DNA of 64,000 nucleotides. Source: a virus. A program made the translations under genes and the position numbers. The DNA is taken from the IMG/VR virus record IMGVR_UViG_3300036985_009306, positions 128,144 to 192,143 of that record; one strand, 5' to 3'. The notes beneath the pieces are model-generated. The model did no database searches. It was not told where the DNA came from and saw only the letters and a program-made list of their open reading frames with translations. This document shows positions 54,441 to 64,000 of the stretch, one piece after another. Position 1 is the first letter of the stretch. Each line of letters begins with the position of its first letter.

Positions 54441-55102
54441 ATTCGAAAATTAATCTTTGTGATACGTGTTTGGTTAATAATTTTCCGATCTGTCTGTCGT
54501 ATATTCCTAGACCAGTGTTCGGAGATGATATTAGTGATATTGTTGTTTCGTGCGATAATTATGTGGCGACGGATCAAAACAAAAGAATCGCCACGCTAGA
54601 CGAACATTTTTAAAGAAATAAGAAAAAGAGCAAGGGTTTCGTCTAAATATGCGACTGTGATTGTCATTGTCACATGATGGAGCAACCTGAAGGTGTGTAT
54701 GTTAAATTTTATAATGCGGTAGAAGCTCCCTCAAACAGCCTACAAGTGGGCGCAGGAGAATAATTATGGAGTGTGAAAATAGATTTTGCGTTGAATGGGA
54801 ACACGGTGCTTTTGTAACAGGTGTTTTCAAACAAAAGGCTGGAATAATCTTTGCGGTAGAAGAGTGTTGTACCTTAAATATATAAAAGATGCGCCCACAG
54901 AAAACAGTGGAAATGGTGAGCACATCTTACAATAAATAAATGGTGACGCAAAGCCTAAATCGTGAGTACATGACTTCACCATTTGTCGAAGGGATGTAAT
55001 AAATGACTATTATGGCAACGGGAGTATTTGCAATGCCGAGCGGTAGCGGGTTGCGTTAATATGCCATTTGATAACCGTTTTGAATAATAGGAAGGTAGCA
55101 AA

Positions 55103-55327
55103 GTGGTTCAAGTAACTCCAAATTCTCATTATTGGTCGAGCATTGAAACGTTAATTAATTATCTCGAATTGACACCTGAAACGATAAACAGAAAGTATCT
55201 AATAATCGGACTGAAAAACAGCTTAGAGCATGGGTATGATCTACGTAAGAACTACCCTCGAAAAGTGCGAAAGGTTGTCAAACGAGTAATCAACAAAACA
55301 GGTAGGCACTCTTTAATGCGGGTCTAA
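55103..55327 (+). CDS. hypothetical protein
   Basis: GGAAGG RBS. Confidence 0.5.
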   Translation: MVQVTPNSHYWSSIETLINYLELTPETINRKYLIIGLKNSLEHGYDLRKNYPRKVRKVVKRVINKTGRHSLMRV

Positions 55328-55353
55328 AACCATTATAAGTAAAATATAAAAAT

Positions 55354-55566
55354 ATGTTTGATTTAATCACAGAATTACATAAAGCCTTCCGAAATTCAAA
55401 GTCCGAAGGTGATAATCTTCGTGTTGGTCCTTGTCCAAATTGTGGTTCTACTTTAACCCTTTCCGTTAATATTGCAAGTTCTAATGTGCCTATTGGTACA
55501 TTTCATTGTTGGGAATGCAGAATGGAGGGGAATTCGAGAAAGTATTTTATTAGCTTTAGGTGCTAA
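55354..55566 (+). CDS. small zinc-ribbon protein
   Basis: CPNCG...FHCWEC. Confidence 0.55.
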   Translation: MFDLITELHKAFRNSKSEGDNLRVGPCPNCGSTLTLSVNIASSNVPIGTFHCWECRMEGNSRKYFISFRC

Positions 55567-55837
55567 ATTATGGGTGGATATATACACAAGAAAAGAGGAT
55601 TCTCAGTTTTCGTCTAAATTTATGTATGTTAGAAACTTAAAGGTATAGCAGAGAAATTGAGAGGATCAATTTGTTATTATGTTGGTGATTTAAAATGTAA
55701 GAAATGTAAAGGTGTGGGTTTTGTTCCTATATCATTGTTGCGTAAATTAAAAGCTTATTTTATAGAACGGGTACCTTGGAATCACATAAAGAAAAACGTT
55801 ATGTGTACATTTTGTGAAGGTCATTTGGAGGAATAAT

Positions 55838-56038
55838 ATGACAGATGAACAAAGAGCTTCTTACATTATATCGCAATCAGTTTGTGCTATGGCTGAAATA
55901 GAGGCTATGAAAGTTGAAAATGTTATTGCTGCTTTGCGTAATGAATACCCTTTACGTACTGAATCTGATTTTCAAGGAGTTGTTTCTAAATATCAATTAG
56001 ATCATAATTCCGTTATTAGTTATTTTATGAATTATTAA
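55838..56038 (+). CDS. hypothetical protein (source of the partial copy at 27815)
   Basis: GGAGG RBS; MTDEQRASYIISQSVCAMAEIEAM. Confidence 0.7.
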   Translation: MTDEQRASYIISQSVCAMAEIEAMKVENVIAALRNEYPLRTESDFQGVVSKYQLDHNSVISYFMNY

Positions 56039-56329
56039 AGGAGGAATCTAATGTAACAACGCGCGTTTTTCAATATGCGATCATGCCTTCGTATTATGTA
56101 AAGATGTTCACGACTATTGTATGCACAAACAGCAGGCGGGCGCCTGAGAACGTTGGATACATATTTTGCCAGCCTTATTATAGGCGATTGGGCAAGGAGG
56201 TTAGGTCAAAATATGATGATGTAGAAAAAGACTAAAATCAAGATCTATTCCAGAATATCTTAAAGCAGGAAATAAGAAGAATTGCTAATAAAGGTTGCAC
56301 AATGTCATATTTCATTTTGAGTTTAATAC

Positions 56330-56902
56330 ATGATCTCAAGAAAAACTGATGGCAAACTTTCTCTATTAAATCAGAAAATCCAAGCATGTACAAAGTGCAC
56401 TTTATGTGAATTAGAATTTAATAAAAAAGATGTGTCACAAGGTTATGGTAAACTTTATGGTTGGGGTAGCAGTCAATGTAAATTTCTTCTTATCGGCATG
56501 AATCCATCCCATTCTCGATTTCCTGGTCACGAATATGCTTTTGGAGGTAAAGAAGGAAGTCCAGGAGCTGGACAAAAATTCAACATATTACTTAAAGAAG
56601 TCGGAATATTCAATGAAATCTTTGTGGATAACATTGTAAAATGTTCGACAGAATCAAATTCAATAGATGAAAATCAAGTTAGACAATGTTTTGAATATCT
56701 ACAAGAAGAAATAGAAATTTTAAAACCTATAAAAATAATTACTATGGGTAGACAAGTTTTTGATATTTTAAAGTTGCTTTTGCATGAACATAATATACAA
56801 ATACCAATAAGAAATTTGTGGCATCCAAGTTATGTGTTTTCATATCAAAGAGAATCGCCTGACAAATATAAAGAAATGATCAAACAAGTATGTCAAAATT
56901 AG
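56330..56902 (+). CDS. uracil-DNA glycosylase, family 4-like
   Basis: CTKCTLC, IGMNPS, NIVKC, CFEYLQEEI..LKP..I..MGR, HPSY. Confidence 0.85.
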   Translation: MISRKTDGKLSLLNQKIQACTKCTLCELEFNKKDVSQGYGKLYGWGSSQCKFLLIGMNPSHSRFPGHEYAFGGKEGSPGAGQKFNILLKEVGIFNEIFVDNIVKCSTESNSIDENQVRQCFEYLQEEIEILKPIKIITMGRQVFDILKLLLHEHNIQIPIRNLWHPSYVFSYQRESPDKYKEMIKQVCQN

Positions 56903-56923
56903 TCAAAATGATAGGAAACGAAA

Positions 56924-57169
56924 ATGAAAGTTAAAGATTTATTGACAGAAATAAAAGCAAATCAAAAGAAATATAAAGATTTTTTAGAATGGGATGTTTA
57001 TGCTGAACAAATATCGACTTCATGTAAAAAGAATTTGAAACAACAAGAAAAGAAATATAATAAACGATTTGTAATTAAAGATAATGAAAATTGGGAGTAT
57101 TTTAAGTGTGATGGGTTCAATACTCTTTTTAATGAAGAAAAAATATTTACAGTAAATGTTAATTTTTAA
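56924..57169 (+). CDS. hypothetical protein
   Basis: ORF tiling. Confidence 0.6.
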   Translation: MKVKDLLTEIKANQKKYKDFLEWDVYAEQISTSCKKNLKQQEKKYNKRFVIKDNENWEYFKCDGFNTLFNEEKIFTVNVNF

Positions 57170-58228
57170 ATGACAAAGATGAAGACATTATTTATAACAG
57201 GTGAATCGGGTACAATTCCAATGGCTATGCAAAGAATTTGTGCTTTAGGAAATGAATCTTTTAAAGTTATTAATACCCAATTAGAGAAAAATTTTGTAAC
57301 TTCTGAAAAAACTCATCAAAGCTTTGAAGTAAGACTTCCAGAACTTGATTTTCTTAATAGAGATTTAATAGATTGGGATGAACTTTGGGATCAAGTGGAC
57401 TTGATAATTCATTCAGGTGCATTTGTCGGAACAGATTATTGCAGTTCGGATCCTGTTTTAGCTATAAGAACAAATGTTGAAGGTACTCAAAATGTTGTCG
57501 ATATTTGTAATAAGTTTGATATTCCGTTGATTTATTTGTCTACAACTGCAATTTTAGATCCTTCTTGTTATAGTGTTATATCTCCAATGACAGAAAACAC
57601 ACCAACTAATCCACAAACTCTTTATGGAATTACAAAATATGCAGGTGAACTGATTGTCAAGAATACATGTAAAACTCGAACACTTGTTCTTAGACCTGTT
57701 TTTGGATTTGGAGATTATCCAGATGACCTTCATAGTGCATTGACAAAAGTTATTTATGTTTTGTATAGAAATGTTATAGGTAAAGAAACAAATCTTACAG
57801 TTTTGTTGAATGAACTTGTTCCGAAATCATATACAAGAGTAGAGAATATAGCAAATTGTATTTTAGGTTTTGCTAAAATTCTTTTGAGAGATGGGATAGG
57901 TTATCCTGTTTATGTTCATTCTGTCTATAACATAGGTGAAAATTATAAGGCTGCAAATGATTGGCAACAACTTATGCATTTAATGCAGCATTGCTTTGAA
58001 ACTAAAAAAATAGGTGAAAAGGATGATGTTTCTCGGCTTTTTAAGAAACATATAAAATTTGAAGCTCAAAAAGATTATTTACATTATCATAATATGGTTG
58101 ATTCAAGACTTCAAGATGCTGGTTTGAAATTTGATAATCAAAAAAACTATATAAGAATTGACCATGGCATTGAAAAAACTATAGATAGTGTAATAAAAAA
58201 TATTGATAAGGAGCCATATTGGTTATGA
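57170..58228 (+). CDS. NAD-dependent NDP-sugar epimerase/dehydratase
   Basis: FITGESGTI, IIHSGA, TNVEGT, YLST, YGITKYAGE (YxxxK), LRP. Confidence 0.85.
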   Translation: MTKMKTLFITGESGTIPMAMQRICALGNESFKVINTQLEKNFVTSEKTHQSFEVRLPELDFLNRDLIDWDELWDQVDLIIHSGAFVGTDYCSSDPVLAIRTNVEGTQNVVDICNKFDIPLIYLSTTAILDPSCYSVISPMTENTPTNPQTLYGITKYAGELIVKNTCKTRTLVLRPVFGFGDYPDDLHSALTKVIYVLYRNVIGKETNLTVLLNELVPKSYTRVENIANCILGFAKILLRDGIGYPVYVHSVYNIGENYKAANDWQQLMHLMQHCFETKKIGEKDDVSRLFKKHIKFEAQKDYLHYHNMVDSRLQDAGLKFDNQKNYIRIDHGIEKTIDSVIKNIDKEPYWL

Positions 58229-58683
58229 ATGTAAAACAATTAAGAAATAAGATTTCTAAGTTTCCTGCAAATATGCTCATATATTTGCAGAGTAACTGGT
58301 CTCTTTTTGGAGTAGATCGTTCAGGATTTGCTCCTCTTCAAAGTGTTACCTCTGGTGTTCCAGTCAAAAGTCTAAAAAATGGTTTGTTGAAAGACATTCA
58401 GTTGTCAAGCAAAAATCCATCAACTAAAACAACTATAATTGTTTTTGAAACAGGAGATGTTCCAATACAAGTATCTAGATTATTATTTTTGTTGAACACT
58501 ATTCCTGGAAATTGGCTTGTAACTACTCAGTATATAGTTGCAGGTTCAAAACCATTTGTTGGTTTTATAGAACTTGATTACGAATTTAAAGTTTCATGTA
58601 TAAAAAAACAAAAAGAATATGATTTGTATGATGAGAACTCTAAAGGGAAAAGACAAGTTCTTTTATTAAAGGAAAGATATTAA
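58219..58683 (+). CDS. hypothetical protein with internal sequence duplication
   Basis: Two similar halves (VKQLRNKISKFPAN / VSRLLFLLNTIPGN). Confidence 0.6.
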   Translation: MVMNVKQLRNKISKFPANMLIYLQSNWSLFGVDRSGFAPLQSVTSGVPVKSLKNGLLKDIQLSSKNPSTKTTIIVFETGDVPIQVSRLLFLLNTIPGNWLVTTQYIVAGSKPFVGFIELDYEFKVSCIKKQKEYDLYDENSKGKRQVLLLKERY

Positions 58684-58685
58684 AC

Positions 58686-59150
58686 ATGCAAATTTATTTA
58701 TCTGGACCTGATGTAGCAGGAAAAAATTCTCTTATGCATGGACTTGCAAAAGAGTTAGAGTATAAACCTTTTATGAGTCCAAGATCTCCTATTTGTAATA
58801 TTGTTTATGATAATCTATACAGAAATACAGAATGTTTTATACAAAATATGGATCTAGTTTCTAAATTATTGAAGCTTGGAGCAATCTTTATTTTAGTTCT
58901 TGTAAAACCTGAGATTTTAGTTAAGAGAGCTAAAGAAAGAAATGAAAAACATGTTTCCCAAAAAAGTGATTTTGTAAAACATATAAGAGAATACAAAAGA
59001 GTTTTTAATATTTGTAAAGAAAATAATAATGGTTTTGGTCATAGATTTATTGTTATAAATAACAACACAAGTCTTTCAAAAGCAGTTAAGAAATTGAAGA
59101 AATTAATAGATGTTTCTAAGAAACATGACCATTGGATTGCAAATGAATAA
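58686..59150 (+). CDS. P-loop (d)NMP kinase, thymidylate-kinase-like
   Basis: YLSGPDVAGKNS; ILVKRAKER. Confidence 0.75.
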   Translation: MQIYLSGPDVAGKNSLMHGLAKELEYKPFMSPRSPICNIVYDNLYRNTECFIQNMDLVSKLLKLGAIFILVLVKPEILVKRAKERNEKHVSQKSDFVKHIREYKRVFNICKENNNGFGHRFIVINNNTSLSKAVKKLKKLIDVSKKHDHWIANE

Positions 59151-60054
59151 TTCGCCCTTGTTAGATGTTTCAAATATTGCACAAATAGAAGAATTTGCTT
59201 GGAATACTTTTGATGAAAGAGATTTAAAATATTTCAATAAAAAAAATATATATTCTCTTGTTTTAACAAATGATGAAGTAGAAAATTTTCATAAAATAAT
59301 AGAAACCAAAAAAGGTAATTGTTCTACAAATGATGCAGGATCAAAAATAGCTTATGGCAATGTTTTTGATTCTCATTCTCTTACATTTTATCTCTACAAT
59401 TTCTCTGCTCTTCAATTAATTAATACTTTTGTCCAAAACAAAGAAGATTGTTCTATTCTAGAACTTGGTTGTAATAATGGTCATGTATCTAGACTATTTC
59501 AAAGAAATGGTTTTAAATTCAAAGAATATTGGGGTGTAGATTTTGATTTTTCTTTTATTGTAGAGGGTCTTAATTCTTTCACAGATCAAGATAATCTGTT
59601 CATGAGCAATTTTTGTTCAGGTAATTTTAATAAACCTCTTAATTTTAAAGATAATTATTTTGGTCTTGTTTATTTTCAAGAGGCATTCGATCACTGTAGA
59701 GACAAATTCTTTTATGCTCAACAATGTATAAGCGAAATTCAACGTGTGCTAAAGCCAGGTGGATATCTTTATATAACTTTAGTATTTGATCATAAGAATC
59801 GAGATTTATGGCATTGGGATCATCAATATGTTTGGGAAATCTTCCAGTTTGAAAACATGATTCAAGATTATTTTAAAATCATTGATTTTATTCCTTTGCT
59901 TACTTTTGAGAAAACACTTCATCAAACAACTGATCAACGAGTAGTTGATGCGTACAGACATTGGCCTCATAAGTTTGCAAAAATGATTTGTGCACATTTT
60001 GTAGATAAAAAAGAGACGGCAGTAGGAGCATATTTTTTACAAAAAGTATTTTGA
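59143..60054 (+). CDS. class I SAM-dependent methyltransferase
   Basis: ILELGCNNG, GVDFD, FKDNYFGLV, QRVLKPGG. Confidence 0.85.
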   Translation: MNNSPLLDVSNIAQIEEFAWNTFDERDLKYFNKKNIYSLVLTNDEVENFHKIIETKKGNCSTNDAGSKIAYGNVFDSHSLTFYLYNFSALQLINTFVQNKEDCSILELGCNNGHVSRLFQRNGFKFKEYWGVDFDFSFIVEGLNSFTDQDNLFMSNFCSGNFNKPLNFKDNYFGLVYFQEAFDHCRDKFFYAQQCISEIQRVLKPGGYLYITLVFDHKNRDLWHWDHQYVWEIFQFENMIQDYFKIIDFIPLLTFEKTLHQTTDQRVVDAYRHWPHKFAKMICAHFVDKKETAVGAYFLQKVF

Positions 60055-60220
60055 TTTAAATATGATAGTGACCTTCGATGAGATTGATGAGCTTTTTACT
60101 GAGATATTAGAGAAAGTAAAAAATACGCCCTCAGATCAAAATTGTTCTCCTCAAGAACCCTTGTTTTAATTTGCACGGAGAAAACTTTTGGTACAAATTT
60201 AGGAGCATAAAGGAGACAGT

Positions 60221-60977
60221 ATGAGCATTTTATGTATGTTAAAAAAATTAATGAAATTTAAAGGTGACGACCAAGAATCAAAAAGTTATGTAATAAACAC
60301 TCAATCGTCATTAAAAGATAATTATTTATTAAATTTTAGAGAAGATAGATTTAGAAGTGGATATTATGATGAAGATGATGATATTAGTGAAGGTGAAAAT
60401 GTTATTAACACAACAAAAACAAAACAACAGAAAACATTTAAAATTGCAGTGAATGCAATTGATGTTTTAAATGAACTAGAAAGAGTTCCTACAAATTGGT
60501 CTCTTGAAGGATTGGATGATAAAATTGCAATTTTAAAGGATAAAGCAGACTTGATTGTGCAAAAACATGCAAAAAAAGAAGTAGAAGCTCTGAAACAATG
60601 TCTTGAAAATCGAAAAAAAATACGATATCAAAGATAAATCAGGCAAAACAAATAGAGAATTCTTCTCACAATTTGATTGCACAAATGAAACAAAAATTCA
60701 AATTCTACTTAATAAATACACATTGGTAATGAAGGATGCAGATATCTTTATACCTGAGATGCCAGATACAGCGATCAAAATTATTAAAAAATTTACTGAA
60801 AAAACACAACAGATTTCCGGTAAGAAACCACGAATATATATTATTGCAAGTGAAAAAGATTTTAAAACAGAATATGGAAAAAGAGATCCTATTATGTTAG
60901 CTCAATCTCCTTTTGGGTTTTATTATCATATCCTTGGTGCTTGGGACAAAGAAATGATTTATTTGCCAGAACTATAA
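60221..60977 (+). pseudogene. one conserved phage gene split by a 1-nt frameshift at an A8 run (60613-60620)
   Basis: ...CLENRKK joins YDIKDKSG...DPIMLAQSPFG if one A is removed; may be a sequencing error. Confidence 0.6.
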
Positions 60978-61086
60978 TATGGATTCAAATCTTGAATGGC
61001 AAGAGTTAAAGAAGATCCAAATTTTTGTGGTGGTGCTATAGGAATTTTTATTTTTGTCAAATGCCTATTAGAGAGATTAAAGAAGA

Positions 61087-61374
61087 ATGTTTAAAACAAT
61101 TTTAGAAATTTATAATAAAGAAAATGATACTTGGAGTAGAATTGAACATGGAGCATGGGAAAATGAAAGAGAACTTGATAAGCATATTCAAGTTCTAAAA
61201 AGACAATGCGGCCATACTTGTTTTTATTTTAAATGTTTTCGAAATCAAACTAACATCCCTGAAAATTATAAGTTTATGATACATGATTTTTATGAAAGAT
61301 ACTCAACTGTTGAAAAAAGAAATGAAGCTTTTAATCTAATGAACAAAAATGGATATAATCAGAATATAGGTTGA
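61087..61374 (+). CDS. hypothetical protein
   Basis: ORF. Confidence 0.55.
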   Translation: MFKTILEIYNKENDTWSRIEHGAWENERELDKHIQVLKRQCGHTCFYFKCFRNQTNIPENYKFMIHDFYERYSTVEKRNEAFNLMNKNGYNQNIG

Positions 61375-61443
61375 GATTTTCAACCTATGAAGAAAGACAA
61401 CATATCATATCTGAAGTAAGAAGGAATATAAAAAGGGGATTTT

Positions 61444-61656
61444 ATGAAAAATACATTTAAAAGTCTTTTATATTTTATACAAAGTAAAATGAGAGAGTTA
61501 TTTAAAAAAAGAATAAAACCTATAGTTCTTTTTTGTGTGAATTGCAAGAAAAAAGAATGTCCAGACAACCCAAATTTTTATGAACAAGGGATAAAACGTT
61601 CTGTAAAGGTTTTCTGTATTCCATACATAGAACATAGAAATGTGAAAAAAACTTGA
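61444..61656 (+). CDS. hypothetical protein
   Basis: AAGGGG RBS. Confidence 0.5.
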   Translation: MKNTFKSLLYFIQSKMRELFKKRIKPIVLFCVNCKKKECPDNPNFYEQGIKRSVKVFCIPYIEHRNVKKT

Positions 61657-61900
61657 TAAACACATACAAGTTTTAAAAAGGCATTATGGAACAAATTGCA
61701 TCTACTGACAACTTTCAGTATAGTTGATGATGGTTTTCTAGAAAACTTAGTAAGGAGATTTATATGAAACTTGAGTATTAAAATTTTCAGAGTTTGTAGC
61801 AAGTCAAAAAGATATACCGGCAGATTTTGCGCAGATAGTAAACGATAAGTTCTGGGACTTAGTTTGATGTTCGCTTTTAACTACAAAAAACGGAGAAAAA

Positions 61901-62428
61901 ATGACTGATATAATCAGAATTATAGGTTATAAAGGTAAAGTACAAGTTTTTAAATCAACAATTATTAGATGGACAAAGAAGGGTAGATTTTTCATAGAGG
62001 GTGATGCTTGTTCTAAAAATTGTTTTAGTGGAATGAGACTCGAACATCTGGGTCAATTTAATCAATGTAGAAATACTCCTGGTTTTTGTGAAATGTATAC
62101 AATACCTGTCTATTTTGGTAGAGATTATCACAAATTTTGTCAGTTATACAATCATCACTATAAAAATGTCTTGTGGATTCCTATAAAAGATAGAGAGTTA
62201 ATTCGAGACTGGGTTGATCATAGTCTTGATTTTGATGCATCATGGTTGAGTGTAGATAGCAATGCAGTAAAAACATTTATAGGAACTTGGTTAAATAGAA
62301 AAGATAAAGTTTCATCTCCTCTTGAAGAGATATTTGATGGGGACACTTCGGATTGGGCTATGTGGTTTGCAGATTTACCAATGATTAAAAAGTATTTGAG
62401 AGAATTAAAGTTCTATGAAAAAGATTAA
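61901..62428 (+). CDS. hypothetical protein
   Basis: GGAG RBS, 175 aa. Confidence 0.7.
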   Translation: MTDIIRIIGYKGKVQVFKSTIIRWTKKGRFFIEGDACSKNCFSGMRLEHLGQFNQCRNTPGFCEMYTIPVYFGRDYHKFCQLYNHHYKNVLWIPIKDRELIRDWVDHSLDFDASWLSVDSNAVKTFIGTWLNRKDKVSSPLEEIFDGDTSDWAMWFADLPMIKKYLRELKFYEKD

Positions 62429-62490
62429 TATAAAGAAAAACATGAATGGGAAAGTATAAAAATGCTTGGAATATGCAATTGATTATATAA

Positions 62491-63048
62491 ATGATTGAAG
62501 AGGTATCTATGCTTAAAATGGGAATTAGTGATTGGAAAAGAAGAATTGATAGACAATTTGAGGCAGGATTATATGATGTTGTTACAATTCAGGTAAATGA
62601 TTCTAAAAGAGTAACTAAGGAAATTGTTAATTTTGAGTTCTGTTTGCTTCCTGAAATAAACTTCAATCAGGTTCAACCTCCAGTTCAAGAAGAATTAATA
62701 GAAAGACAGTTTGTTATAGACAGATCAAAAGAGATGTATTTTAATTATTTAAGAAAAGATATAAATACAAGACAAGCAGCATTTGTTAATAATTATGATG
62801 ACAAGGACAACCATTGTATTTCATATTTTCATCATTATGTAAGAGACAATAAATATTGTATGAATGTTTACGCAAGAAGTATGAATTATCTTACAAATTT
62901 TGAATTTGATTGTCAAACCTTCAATTTTGCATATTTTGACGTTTTTAGAAATATCTCGCCTTATTATTTTAGTACTCAACCTGAACAAGATACAGTAAAA
63001 TTAGGATATATAAGAGTGTTTGTTTTTTCTCTTCACATTTATAGTTAA
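62491..63048 (+). CDS. thymidylate-synthase-fold enzyme, dCMP-hydroxymethylase-like
   Basis: DINTRQA, catalytic Cys in HCISYFH, YARSMNYLTNFEFD (Asp at the ThyA N177 position), SLHIY. Confidence 0.75.
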   Translation: MIEEVSMLKMGISDWKRRIDRQFEAGLYDVVTIQVNDSKRVTKEIVNFEFCLLPEINFNQVQPPVQEELIERQFVIDRSKEMYFNYLRKDINTRQAAFVNNYDDKDNHCISYFHHYVRDNKYCMNVYARSMNYLTNFEFDCQTFNFAYFDVFRNISPYYFSTQPEQDTVKLGYIRVFVFSLHIYS

Positions 63049-63067
63049 AAGAAATGAGATTAAATTT

Positions 63068-63460
63068 ATGCTTAGATATTCTTATAAAACAGGTGCTTAT
63101 ATCTATTCTTTAAAAGAATCAAAAAAGAAATTTAAGGGTGGAATGGTAGCAACTTTTGTTGGAGATAGACAAGTAGATATTTGTTCAGACAAGTCCGTTC
63201 CGATAGGTTTTTTTATGCATGATACTGAGATTAATTTTCTGCAAAATCATGCAACAATTTTGGTTGGACAAGCAGATCTTTCAACTGATGTTTTCGAGAA
63301 AAATCAATATAAAATTAACGATTTTTTGTATTGTAGTCGTAATGGTAAATTAACTAATGAAGCAAAATATAAAGGTAATATTATCATTGGTATTGTAAAT
63401 TATGTAAATATGCCGTTTATTGGATTGATTACTTGTTTTGCAAGAAACATAGAAAATTAA
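63068..63460 (+). CDS. hypothetical protein, possibly capsid decoration/cement-like
   Basis: PIGFF...ATILVG...TDVFE...YKINDFLYCSRNGKLT pattern. Confidence 0.45.
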   Translation: MLRYSYKTGAYIYSLKESKKKFKGGMVATFVGDRQVDICSDKSVPIGFFMHDTEINFLQNHATILVGQADLSTDVFEKNQYKINDFLYCSRNGKLTNEAKYKGNIIIGIVNYVNMPFIGLITCFARNIEN

Positions 63461-63464
63461 TTTT

Positions 63465-64000
63465 ATGAGTTTACAAGAACTTAGAAGCAATTTTGCAAAA
63501 TTTTTAAAAGATCAGCAAATTAAAAGCGGATTAGTCTCTAAGAAAACAATGGACCGACTTTCCGTAGATGAAATCATTAATTCTTGTCGGATAGATCATA
63601 GAACAGATGAAGAAATAATGACAAATGAACAGATGAACAATCTTATTATGGAAAATAATAGTGAAACTGTTATAGATATTATAAATGAAACTCTACAAGA
63701 AAGATTTGATAATGAAAGATTGATGAACATTAAAAACAATTTATCAGACAAAATAGTTAGAATAAAAGTCCCGGAAATAATAATTTCAATTATAGAAAAA
63801 TTAGATTTTAAGATTGAAGAAGAAAGAGTCAAAGAATTAATTGATGATTTATTGATAATTTATCCTTATTGGATTTTAGATGAAACATATTATGATATTG
63901 ACAATAATTCATTAATTGAACGGAACGTACCATATAGACATCTATTAATAAGTTCTTTATCAAATTATGATACTTTTAAAGATTGGATGGAAGACACTTT
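63465..64000 (+). CDS. hypothetical protein, 3'-partial
   Basis: ATG 63465; the frame stays open to the window end. Confidence 0.6.
   Translation, partial: MSLQELRSNFAKFLKDQQIKSGLVSKKTMDRLSVDEIINSCRIDHRTDEEIMTNEQMNNLIMENNSETVIDIINETLQERFDNERLMNIKNNLSDKIVRIKVPEIIISIIEKLDFKIEEERVKELIDDLLIIYPYWILDETYYDIDNNSLIERNVPYRHLLISSLSNYDTFKDWMEDT

Noticed and set aside
1213-63832. Most minus-strand ORFs in the track (e.g. 1213-1398, 6664-6942, 30321-30776, 53350-53718)
   Set aside because: They shadow well-supported + strand genes and have low-complexity antisense-type composition; only 31858-32064 was kept.
1-64000. Alternative genetic code (stop-codon reassignment)
   Set aside because: Long genes tile normally with the standard bacterial code, all three stops end genes, and no unambiguous suppressor tRNA is present.

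Overview
An AT-rich, densely coding segment of a large (jumbo-type) bacteriophage genome, with almost every gene on the + strand. Functions were assigned by eye from motifs; no database searches were run. Contents in order: (1) a DNA/RNA-processing block (5'-partial Rad50/SbcC ATPase, NYN RNase, an apparently inactivated ATP-dependent ligase, a sigma-region-4-like HTH protein); (2) uncharacterised, possibly virion-associated genes interrupted by an intact IscB/omegaRNA element; (3) patches of short GC-richer ORFs bounded by recurring attC-like motifs; (4) a 15-tRNA array (21.4-25.3 kb) with two HNH genes and a second Pro/Gln tRNA mini-array (31.6-31.8 kb); (5) an RNA ligase, a Ycf46-type AAA module, YhaM, SSB and ParB; (6) a dispersed nucleotide-modification set (dCMP-type ThyA-fold enzyme, divergent ThyX, NMP kinase, dUTPase/MazG-like proteins, NDP-sugar epimerases, FAD mutase-like protein, methyltransferase, radical SAM, UDG). 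The strongest candidate for an undescribed system is the regulation of the two tRNA arrays. Each is preceded by the same promoter (TGTACA-N17-TATATT), then a short leader ORF whose codons match the downstream tRNAs, and mutually exclusive protector/antiterminator/terminator helices. This is the layout of ribosome-mediated attenuators, which here would switch on phage tRNA genes when those tRNAs are depleted. The large array also holds a circularly permuted tRNA-Tyr-like gene closed by terminal inverted repeats. Several frameshifts fall in homopolymer runs, so some indels may be sequencing errors.
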